41,504 nucleotides of DNA from contig JBHGNT010000274.1 of NCBI GenBank assembly GCA_043228905.1, positions 1-41,504 of the forward strand, in the 5' to 3' direction. This document shows, piece after piece, positions 15,001 to 25,516 of the stretch. This stretch comes from Azolla caroliniana. Lineage: Eukaryota; Plantae; Polypodiophyta. A program made the translations under genes and the position numbers. Positions within the stretch are counted from its first letter, which is position 1. Each line of letters starts with the position of its first letter. The notes under the pieces were generated by a model that did no database searches, was not told the origin of the DNA, and saw only the letters and a program-made list of their open reading frames with translations.

Positions 15001-18000
15001 GCCCTTGAGTAAATTAAAATGTTCATACCTGCCTCGTGTGATATCGGATTTTTGTGTTCAAACATGCGAATCAAAGCTAACAACGCTAGCTATGATATAG
15101 AATTAAAAAATCAAAATTTTGATCCTCAGGTCGAGAGACATGATGAAATTACAAAATTTGAGGAGTGAGTTGGGAAGAGCTACTAGGTAAATTAAAATGT
15201 TCATACCTGGCGAGTGTGATATCGGATTTTTGTGTACAAACATGCGAATCGAAGCTAACAACGCTAGCTATGATGTGGGATTAAAATATCAAGATTTTGA
15301 ATCTCAGGTCGAGAGACATGACGAAATTAGCAACCTTGACGAGGGAGTTGAGAGGAGCCCTTGAGTAAATTAAAATGCTCATACCTGGCTCGTGTGATAT
15401 CGGATTTTTGTGTTCAAACATGCGAATCAAAGCTAACAACGCTAGCTATGATATAGAATTAAAAAATCAAGATTTTGATACTCAGGTCCAGAGACATGAT
15501 GAAATTACAAAATTTGAGGAGTGAGTTGGGAAGAGCTACTAGGTAAATTAAAATGTTCATACCTGGCGAGTGTGATATCGGATTTTTGTGTACAAACATG
15601 CGAACAGAAGCTAACAACGCTAGCTATGATATGGGATTAAAATATCAAGATTTTGAATCTCAGGTCGAGAGACATGACGAAATTAGTAACCTTGACGAGG
15701 GAGTTGAGAGGAGCCCTTGAGTAAATTAAAATGTTCATACCTGGCTCGTGTGATATTGGATTTTGCTATTCAAACATGTGAATCGAAGCTAACAACGCTA
15801 GCTATGATATGGGATTAAAATATCAAGATTTTGAATCTCAGGTCGAGAGACATGACGAAATTAGCAACCTTGACGGGGGAGTTGAGAGGAGCCCTTGAGT
15901 AAATTAAAATGTTCATACCTGGCTCGTGTGATATCGGATTTTTGTGTTCAAACATGCGAATCGAAGCTAACAACGCTAGCTATGATATGGAATTAAAAAA
16001 TCAAGATTTTGAAACTCAGGTCGAGAGACATGACGAAATTACCAAATTTGAGGAGGGAGATGAGAAGAGCTAGTAGGTAAGTTAAAATGTTCATACCTGG
16101 CTCGTGTGATATCGGATTTTTGTGTTCAAACATGCGAATCGAAGCTAACAACGCTAACTATGATATGGAATTAAAATATCAAGATTTTGAAACTCAGGTC
16201 GAGAGATATGACGAAATTAGCAACCTTGGCGGGGGAGTTGAGAGGAGCCCTTGAGTAAATTATAATGTTCATACCTGGCTCGTGTGATATCGGATTTTTG
16301 TGTTCAAACATGCGAATCGAAGCTAACAAGGCTAGCTATGATATGGATTTAAAAAATCAAGATTTTGAAACTCATGTCGGGAGACATGACGAAATTACCA
16401 AATTTGAGGAGGGAGTTGAGAAGAGCTAGTAGGTAAGCTAAAATGTTCATACCTGGCTCGTGTGTTATTGGATTTTGAAACTTAGGTCGAGAGACATGAC
16501 GAAATTAGCAACCTTGACGAGGGAGTTGAGAGGAGCCCTTGAGTAAATTAAAATGTTCATACCTGGCTCGTGTGATATCGGATTTTTGTGTTCAAACATG
16601 CGAATCGAAGCTAACAACGCTGGCTATGATATGGATTTAAAAAATCATGATGTTGAAACTCATGTCGGGAGACATGACGAAATTAGCAACCTTGACGGGG
16701 GAGTTGAGAGGAGCCCTTGAATAAATTAAAATGTTCATACCTGGCTCGTGTGATATCGGATTTTTGTGTTCAAACATGCGAATCGAAGCTAACAGCGCTA
16801 GTTATGATATGGAATTAAAAAATCAAGATTTTGAAACTCACGTCGAGTGACATGACGAAATTACCAAATTTGAGGAGTGAGTTGAGAAGAGCTAGTAGGT
16901 AAATTAAAATGTTCATACCTGGCTCGTGTGATATCGGATTTTTGTATTCAAACATGCGAATCGAAGCTAACAACGCTAGCTATGATATGGAATTTAAAAA
17001 TCAAGATTTTGAGACTCAGGTCGAGAGACATAGCAATATTAGCAAACATGAGGAGGGAGTTTAGAGGAGCCCTTGAGTAAATAAAAATGTTCATACCTAG
17101 CTCGTGTGATATCGGATCTTTGCGTTCAAACATGCGAATCGAAGCTAACAACGCTAGCTATGATATGAAATTAAAAATTCAAGATTTTGAAATTTAGGTC
17201 GAGAGACATGACGAAATTACCAAATTCAAGGAGTGAGTTGCGAGGAGCCCTTGAGTAAATTAAAATGTTCATTCCTGGCGAGTGTGATATCGGATTTTTG
17301 TGTACAAACATGCGAATCGAAGCTAACAACGCTAGCTATGATGTGGGATTAAAATATCAAGATTTTGAATCTCAGGTCGAGAGACATGACGAAATTAGCA
17401 ACCTTGACGAGGGAGTTGAGAGGAGCCCTTGAGTAAATTAAAATGCTCATACCTGGCTCGTGTGATATCGGATTTTTGTGTTCAAACATGCGAATCAAAG
17501 CTAACAACGCTAGCTATGATATAGAATTAAAAAATCAAGATTTTGATACTCAGGTCCAGAGACATGATGAAATTACAAAATTTGAGGAGTGAGTTGGGAA
17601 GAGCTACTAGGTAAATTAAAATGTTCATACCTGGCGAGTGTGATATCGGATTTTTGTGTACAAACATGCGAACAGAAGCTAACAACGCTAGCTATGATAT
17701 GGGATTAAAATATCAAGATTTTGAATCTCAGGTCGAGAGACATGACGAAATTAGTAACCTTGACGAGGGAGTTGAGAGGAGCCCTTGAGTAAATTAAAAT
17801 GTTCATACCTGGCTCGTGTGATATTGGATTTTGCTATTCAAACATGTGAATCGAAGCTAACAACGCTAGCTATGATATGGGATTAAAATATCAAGATTTT
17901 GAATCTCAGGTCGAGAGACATGACGAAATTAGCAACCTTGACGGGGGAGTTGAGAGGAGCCCTTGAGTAAATTAAAATGTTCATACCTGGCTCGTGTGAT

Positions 18001-21000
18001 ATCGGATTTTTGTGTTCAAACATGCGAATCGAAGCTAACAACGCTAGCTATGATATGGAATTAAAAAATCAAGATTTTGAAACTCAGGTCGAGAGACATG
18101 ACGAAATTACCAAATTTGAGGAGGGAGATGAGAAGAGCTAGTAGGTAAGTTAAAATGTTCATACCTGGCTCGTGTGATATCGGATTTTTGTGTTCAAACA
18201 TGCGAATCGAAGCTAACAACGCTAACTATGATATGGAATTAAAATATCAAGATTTTGAAACTCAGGTCGAGAGATATGACGAAATTAGCAACCTTGGCGG
18301 GGGAGTTGAGAGGAGCCCTTGAGTAAATTATAATGTTCATACCTGGCTCGTGTGATATCGGATTTTTGTGTTCAAACATGCGAATCGAAGCTAACAAGGC
18401 TAGCTATGATATGGATTTAAAAAATCAAGATTTTGAAACTCATGTCGGGAGACATGACGAAATTACCAAATTTGAGGAGGGAGTTGAGAAGAGCTAGTAG
18501 GTAAGCTAAAATGTTCATACCTGGCTCGTGTGTTATTGGATTTTGAAACTTAGGTCGAGAGACATGACGAAATTAGCAACCTTGACGAGGGAGTTGAGAG
18601 GAGCCCTTGAGTAAATTAAAATGTTCATACCTGGCTCGTGTGATATCGGATTTTTGTGTTCAAACATGCGAATCGAAGCTAACAACGCTGGCTATGATAT
18701 GGATTTAAAAAATCATGATGTTGAAACTCATGTCGGGAGACATGACGAAATTAGCAACCTTGACGGGGGAGTTGAGAGGAGCCCTTGAATAAATTAAAAT
18801 GTTCATACCTGGCTCGTGTGATATCGGATTTTTGTGTTCAAACATGCGAATCGAAGCTAACAGCGCTAGTTATGATATGGAATTAAAAAATCAAGATTTT
18901 GAAACTCACGTCGAGTGACATGACGAAATTACCAAATTTGAGGAGTGAGTTGAGAAGAGCTAGTAGGTAAATTAAAATGTTCATACCTGGCTCGTGTGAT
19001 ATCGGATTTTTGTATTTAAACATGCGAATCGAAGCTAACAACGCTAGCTATGATATGGAATTTAAAAATCAAGATTTTGAGACTCAGGTCGAGAGACATA
19101 GCAATATTAGCAAACATGAGGAGGGAGTTTAGAGGAGCCCTTGAGTAAATAAAAATGTTCATACCTAGCTCGTGTGATATCGGATCTTTGCGTTCAAACA
19201 TGCGAATCGAAGCTAACAACGCTAGCTATGATATGAAATTAAAAATTCAAGATTTTGAAATTTAGGTCGAGAGACATGACGAAATTACCAAATTCAAGGA
19301 GTGAGTTGCGAGGAGCCCTTGAGTAAATTAAAATGTTCATTCCTGGCGAGTGTGATATCGGATTTTTGTGTACAAACATGCGAATCGAAGCTAACAACGC
19401 TAGCTATGATATGGGATTAAAATATCAAGATTTTGAAACTCAGGTCGAGAGACATGACGAAATTAGCAACCTTGACGAGGGAGTTGAGAGGAGCCCTTGA
19501 GTAAATTAAAATGCTCATACCTGGCTCGTGTGATATCGGATTTTTGTGTTCAAACATGCGAATCAAAGCTAACAACGCTAGCTATGATATAGAATGAAAA
19601 AATCAAAATTTTGATCCTCAGGTCGAGAGACATGATGAAATTACAAAATTTAAGGAGTGAGTTGGGAAGAGCTACTAGGTAAATTAAAATGTTCATACCT
19701 GGCGAGTGTGATATCGGATTTTTGTGTACAAACATGCGAATCGAAGCTAACAACGCTAGCTATGATGTGGGATTAAAATATCAAGATTTTGAATCTCAGG
19801 TCGAGAGACATGACGAAATTAGCAACCTTGACGAGGGAGTTGAGAGGAGCCCTTGAGTAAATTAAAATGCTCATACCTGGCTCGTGTGATATCGGATTTT
19901 TGTGTTCAAACATGCGAATCAAAGCTAACAACGCTAGCTATGATATAGAATTAAAAAATCAAGATTTTGATACTCAGGTCCAGAGACATGATGAAATTAC
20001 AAAATTTGAGGAGTGAGTTGGGAAGAGCTACTAGGTAAATTAAAATGTTCATACCTGGCGAGTGTGATATCGGATTTTTGTGTACAAACATGCGAACAGA
20101 AGCTAACAACGCTAGCTATGATATGGGATTAAAATATCAAGATTTTGAATCTCAGGTCGAGAGACATGACGAAATTAGCAACCTTGACGAGGGAGTTGAG
20201 AGGAGCCCTTGAGTAAATTAAAATGTTCATACCTGGCTCGTGTGATATTGGATTTTGCTATTCAAACATGTGAATCGAAGCTAACAACGCTAGCTATGAT
20301 ATGGGATTAAAATATCAAGATTTTGAATCTCAGGTCGAGAGACATGACGAAATTAGCAACCTTGACGGGGGAGTTGAGAGGAGCCCTTGAGTAAATTAAA
20401 ATGTTCATACCTGGCTCGTGTGATATCGGATTTTTGTGTTCAAACATGCGAATCGAAGCTAACAACGCTAGCTATGATATGGAATTAAAAAATCAAGATT
20501 TTGAAACTCAGGTCGAGAGACATGACGAAATTACCAAATTTGAGGAGGGAGATGAGAAGAGCTAGTAGGTAAGTTAAAATGTTCATACCTGGCTCGTGTG
20601 ATATCGGATTTCTGTGTTCAAACATGCGAATCGAAGCTAACAACGCTAACTATGATATGGAATTAAAATATCAAGATTTTGAAACTAAGGTCGAGAGATA
20701 TGACGAAATTAGCAACCTTGGCGGGGGAGTTGAGAGGAGCCCTTGAGTAAATTATAATGTTCATACCTGGCTCGTGTGATATCGGATTTTTGTGTTCAAA
20801 CATGCGAATCGAAGCTAACAAGGCTAGCTATGATATGGATTTAAAAAATCAAGATTTTGAAACTCATGTCGGGAGACATGACGAAATTACCAAATTTGAG
20901 GAGGGAGTTGAGAAGAGCTAGTAGGTAAGCTAAAATGTTCATACCTGGCTCGTGTGTTATTGGATTTTGAAACTTAGGTCGAGAGACATGACGAAATTAG

Positions 21001-21834
21001 CAACCTTGACGAGGGAGTTGAGAGGAGCCCTTGAGTAAATTAAAATGTTCATACCTGGCTCGTGTGATATCGGATTTTTGTGTTCAAACATGCGAATCGA
21101 AGCTAACAACGCTGGCTATGATATGGATTTAAAAAATCATGATGTTGAAACTCATGTCGGGAGACATGACGAAATTAGCAACCTTGACGGGGGAGTTGAG
21201 AGGAGCCCTTGAATAAATTAAAATGTTCATACCTGGCTGGTGTGATATCGGATTTTTGTGTTCAAACATGCGAATCGAAGCTAACAGCGCTAGTTATGAT
21301 ATGGAATTAAAAAATCAAGATTTTGAAACTCACGTCGAGTGACATGACGAAATTACCAAATTTGAGGAGTGAGTTGAGAAGAGCTAGTAGGTAAATTAAA
21401 ATGTTCATACCTGGCTCGTGTGATATCGGATATTTGTATTCAAACATGCGAATCGAAGCTAACAACGCTAGCTATGATATGGAATTTAAAAATCAAGATT
21501 TTGAGACTCAGGTCGAGAGACATAGCAATATTAGCAAACATGAGGAGGGAGTTTAGAGGAGCCCTTGAGTAAATAAAAATGTTCATACCTAGCTCGTGTG
21601 ATATCGGATCTTTGCGTTCAAACATGCGAATCGAAGCTAACAACGCTAGCTATGATATGAAATTAAAAATTCAAGATTTTGAAATTTAGGTCGAGAGACA
21701 TGACGAAATTACCAAATTCAAGGAGTGAGTTGCGAGGAGCCCTTGAGTAAATTAAAATGTTCATTCCTGGCGAGTGTGATATCGGATTTTTGTGTACAAA
21801 CATGCGAATCGAAGCTAACAACGCTAGCTATGAT
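1..21834. repeat. 11,014-bp tandem duplication (65-monomer unit): 1-10820 repeated at 11015-21834
   Basis: Five identical ORF pairs are offset by exactly 11014 (3341/14355, 5934/16948, 8002/19016, 8536/19550, 10426/21440). Rare SNPs are shared by both copies. The first mismatch seen is 10821 G vs 21835 A. 65x178 - 7x68 - 2x40 = 11014. Confidence 0.93.
148..3372. repeat. 1,604-bp 10-monomer HOR, two tandem copies
   Basis: 148-1768 matches 1752-3372 with one SNP seen (1413 G vs 3017 C). 10x178 - 2x68 - 40 = 1604. Confidence 0.88.
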
Positions 21835-23767
21835 ATGGGATTAAAATATCAAGATTTTGAAACTCAGGTCGAGAGACATGACGAAATTAGCAACCTTGAC
21901 GAGGTAGTTGAGAGGAGCCCTTGAGTAAATTAAAATGTTCATACCTGGCTCGTGTGATATCGGATTTTTGTGTTCAAACATGCGAATCAAAGCTAACAAC
22001 GCTAGCTATGATATGGATTTAAAAAATCAAGATTCTGAAACTCATGTCGGGCGACATGACGAAATTAGCAACCTTGACGGGGGAGTTGAGAGGAGCCCTT
22101 GAGTAAATTAAAATGTTCATACCTGCCTCGTGTGATATCGGATTTTTCTGTTCAAACATGCGAATCGAAGCTAACAACGCTAGCTATAATATGGAATTAA
22201 AAAATCAAGATTTTGAAACTCAGGTCGAGAGACATGACAATATTAGCAAACATGAGGAGGGAGTTGAAAGGAGCCCTTGAGTAAATTAAAATGTTCATAC
22301 CTGCCTCGTGTGATATCGGATTTTTGTGTTCAAACATGCGAATCGAAGCTAACAACGCTAGCTATGATATGGAATTAAAAAATCAAGATTTTGAAACTCA
22401 GGTCGAGAGACATGAAGAAATTAGCAACCTTGATGAGGGAGTTGAGAGGAGCCCTTGAGTAAATTAAAATGTTCATACCTGGCTCGTGTGATATCGGGTT
22501 TTTGTGTACAAACATGCGAATCGAAGCTAACAACGCTAGCTATGATATGGGATTAAAATATCAAGATTTTGAATCTCAGGTTGAGAAGAGCTACTAGGTA
22601 AATTAAAATGTTCATACCTGGCGAGTGCGATATCGGATTTTTGTGTACAAACATGCGAATCGAAGCTAAAAACGCTAGCTATGATATAGAATTTAAAAAT
22701 CAAGATTTTGAAACTCAGGTCGAGAGACATGACGAAATTACCAAATTTGAGGAGGGAGACGAGAAGAGCTAGTAGGTAAGTTAAAATGTTCATACCTGGC
22801 TCGTGTGATATCGGATTTTTGTGTTCAAACATGCGAATCGAAGCTAAGAACGCTAGCTATGATATGGAATTAAAATATCAAGATTTTGAAACTGAGGTCG
22901 AGAGATATGACGAAATTAGCAACCTTGGCGGGGGAGTTGAGAGGAGCCCTTGAGTAAATTATAATGTTCATACCTGGCTCGTGTGATATCGGATTTTTGT
23001 GTTCAAACATGCGAATCGAAGCTAACAAGGCTAGCTATGATATGGATTTAAAAAATCAAGATTTTGAAACTCATGTCGGGAGACATGACGAAATTACCAA
23101 ATTTGAGGAGGGAGTTGAGAATAGCTAGTAGGTAAGCTAAAATGTTCATACCTGGCTCGTGTGATATCGGATTTTGAAACTCAGGTCGAGAGACATGACG
23201 AAATTAGCAACCTTGACGAGGGAGTTGAGAGGAGCCCTTGAGTAAATTAAAATGTTCATACCTGGCTCGTGTGATATCGGATTTTTGTGTTCAAACATGC
23301 GAATCGAAGCTAACAACGCTAGCTATGATATGGATTTAAAAAATCAAGATGTTGAAACTCATGTCGGGAGACATGACGAAATTAGCAACCTTGACGGGGG
23401 AGTTGAGAGGAGCCCTTGAATAAATTAAAATGTTCATACCTGGCTCGTGTGATATCGGATTTTTGTGTTCAAACATGCGAATCGAAGCTAACAGCGCTAG
23501 TTATGATATGGAATTAAAAAATCAAGATTTTGAAACTCAGGTCGAGTGACATGACGAAATTACCAAATTTGAGGAGTGAGTTGAGAGGAGCCCTTGAGTA
23601 AATTAAAATGTTCATACCTGGCTCGTGTGATATCGGATTTTTGTGTTCAAACATGCGAATCGAAGCTAACAACGCTAGCTATGATATGGAATTAAAAAAT
23701 CAAGATTTTGAATCTCAGGTCGAGAGACATAACAATATTAGCAAACATGACGAGGGAGTTTAGAGGA

Positions 23768-23772
23768 GCCCT
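23768..23772 (+). repeat. Target-site duplication, left copy GCCCT (right copy ACCCT at 29015-29019)
   Basis: Satellite consensus is GGAGCCCTTGAGTAA. The left flank ends GGAGCCCT and the right flank starts ACCCTTGAGTAA, continuing the same monomer subtype. Match is 4/5. Confidence 0.85.
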
Positions 23773-23895
23773 TGTCATAACTAGACTCGAACCCATAACC
23801 TTTTGTTACACGGGTCGAGACTTTACCATTAGGTTATGAATTGTAATTTGAAGGATATTATTTTCATTTAGGTTTTATTGGGAAATTGATGTATA

Positions 23896-23943
23896 TTCTA
23901 GATTTCTCTGGAACATTCTAGAAACTTCAGGAGTATTCCTGAA
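23896..23943 (+). promoter_or_regulatory. Phased heat-shock-element-like array (alternating nGAAn/nTTCn) in LTR U3; second copy at 28675-28722
   Basis: TTC(23896)-gat-ctc-GAA(23911)-TTC-GAA-TTC-gag-TTC-GAA(23941) at exact 5-bp spacing. Seven of ten units are perfect, four of them consecutive. Confidence 0.75.
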
Positions 23944-23948
23944 GACAC

Positions 23949-23955
23949 TATAAAA
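23949..23955 (+). promoter_or_regulatory. TATA box of LTR promoter (predicted TSS near 23982)
   Basis: TATAAAA followed 33 nt later by a C/A initiator-like step that coincides with the PBS-complementary segment. Confidence 0.75.
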
Positions 23956-24062
23956 GGAGGCGCAAGGCATTAGTTCGAACCAAATCGGTTCAACGCCAGT
24001 CTTAAGCCTTCTAACTACTGTTGTATATCTTCCTTCATATAATACATATATCTTTCGCATCA

Positions 24063-24067
<5 letters not shown>

Positions 24068-24107
<40 letters not shown>
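24068..24107. repeat. (CT)20 microsatellite in 5' LTR; (CT)12CA(CT)2 in 3' LTR at 28847-28876
   Basis: Read directly from the sequence. Confidence 0.95.
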
Positions 24108-24112
<5 letters not shown>

Positions 24113-24247
24113 ACTCATTCCTTCTTTCAAAGTTCGACACCTCTCATAGTACTAATCCTTCTCTGTCTTAGTACTATTCCCCGACAATAGTACTAATCCT
24201 TCTTTTAGTACTAATTCCTTCTCTGCCTTAATAGAGTTCCTGACAGT

Positions 24248-24259
24248 TTGAACCGATTT
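24248..24259 (+). other. Primer-binding site, self-priming type
   Basis: TTGAACCGATTT, separated from the LTR end by 2 nt, is the exact reverse complement of AAATCGGTTCAA at 23982-23993. It lacks the TGG start of a tRNA 3'-end PBS. Confidence 0.82.
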
Positions 24260-24346
24260 TTCGGTGCCTGTCTGGTCTTTTCTCTCCCTCTTCCTTCTGT
24301 CTCCCTCCTTTCCTATTAGTCTCTTATTTCCCTTTTCCTTCATCCC

Positions 24347-25516
24347 ATGGCCACCGTTAGCGCTGAAGAGTATCAATCCGTTTTCTCGGAATTTCAATGC
24401 TTGAAAGAGAAGTTTCATGCTTTGGAACAATAAAATCAACGCTTGTTGGGGGATCTTCAGCAAATTTCCTTAGAAAAGCAGCAAACGCAACAACAGCATG
24501 GGGAACTTGCGTTACGCGTGCAACAACTCGAAGCAACCATCGTAGCAATGCAACAACAAGGGCACGGAGCACAAGGGATTCATAAAGAACCCAAGATTGG
24601 CCTTCCCACGAAGTTCGATGGAACGCGATCGCAGTTTAGAGGGTTTCTTAACCAGGTACGGTTAGTTATTCAAATGCATCCGTCCCGATATCCCACCGAT
24701 GCATCACGAGTGGTGTTAGTAGGCACGTTGTTAAATAGCTCAGCATTAGCATGGTTCGCTCCGCTACTAGAAAAGGAATCTCCAGTACTAAATAATTTTG
24801 AAGAATTCATAAGTGAGTTTAAAGCATGTTTTGGAGATACTGACAGCATAAGGACTGCAATCAACAAAATCCGGCGATTACGCCAAGGTGACCGTCCAGC
24901 CTCCGCATATGCTGCAGATTTCCGCCTACTCGCCGCTGATATCCCTTGGGATGATCAAGCATTGATGGAGCAGTTCCGCTATGGTCTACGCAACGATGTC
25001 AAGGATTTACTCTTGACTTTCCCTGAAGAGCCAAAATCATTAACAGAAGCAATCAGTCGAGCGGTCAGATGTGACAACCGCCTCTTCGAGCGACGTTCGG
25101 AACGACAATTTCAGATGCCGAGGGCAAGATCCGAGCCTACCTATGCCTCAGTGGTAGCGAAACCTTTTCAAAGGGAGTCACATAATGCGCCTCCAGTAAG
25201 TACTCCAACTCCAATGGAAATTGACACTACACGTCGTCGTGGGCCGCTATCGGAGGAGGAAAAGCAACGACGCCGAACAAACCGATTATGCCTTTATTGC
25301 AGTGGACCAGGGCATATCGCGATAAACTGTCCCCATAGACCAAGAAGGCAGGTAAACCAAGTCGTTGTTAGTTCTGACTATACTAAACCCGAGTCTATTT
25401 CAGTAGGAATCTCTGATAGTCCTCATAGTCATAATAGTCCTAATAGTACTAATAGTCCGAATCTCGCAAACAAATTTGATGTCCTTAGCCAATTAGAAGA
25501 AGAGTTAAACGACTAA
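24347..25516 (+). pseudogene. gag: Gag (Ty3-type capsid plus CCHC zinc knuckle) with premature stop at codon 29
   Basis: ATG at 24347 is in frame with ORF 24443-25516 but is interrupted by TAA at 24431-24433 (MATVSAEEYQ...ALEQ*NQRLLGDL). Capsid-like PTKFDG...QGDRPASAYAADF...FRYGLRNDVK, TPMEID, and the knuckle CLYCSGPGHIAINC are present. Confidence 0.9.

Larger units (their letters stand above)
1..23772. repeat. 178-bp tandem satellite array (proximal block) with nested higher-order repeats
   Basis: The monomer AAGATTTTGA..GGTCGAGAGACATGACGAAATT..AATGTTCATACCTGGCTCGTGTGATATCGGATTTTTGTGTTCAAACATGCGAATCGAAGCTAACAACGCTAGCTATGATATGG recurs with a 178-bp period (1 vs 179). ORF-track offsets are multiples of 178 (8002 to 8536 = 3x178). 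Several monomer subtypes and 110-bp and 138/139-bp deletion monomers are present. Confidence 0.98.
23773..24245 (+). repeat. 5' LTR (473 bp)
   Basis: Starts TGTCATAACTAGAC, ends GAGTTCCTGACA. Direct repeat of 28552-29014. Confidence 0.97.

Noticed and set aside
1-23772. CRISPR-like or coding repeat array
   Set aside because: No unique spacers and no cas genes; whole monomers repeat in a eukaryotic telomeric context.
23813-23821. GGTCGAGA shared between LTR and satellite, suggesting the satellite derives from the LTR
   Set aside because: Only about 8 bp of identity, with no extended similarity visible.
23875-24114. ORF MSERERER... and its 3' LTR counterpart at 28654-28845
   Set aside because: Antisense translation of the LTR; the ER run comes from the CT microsatellite.
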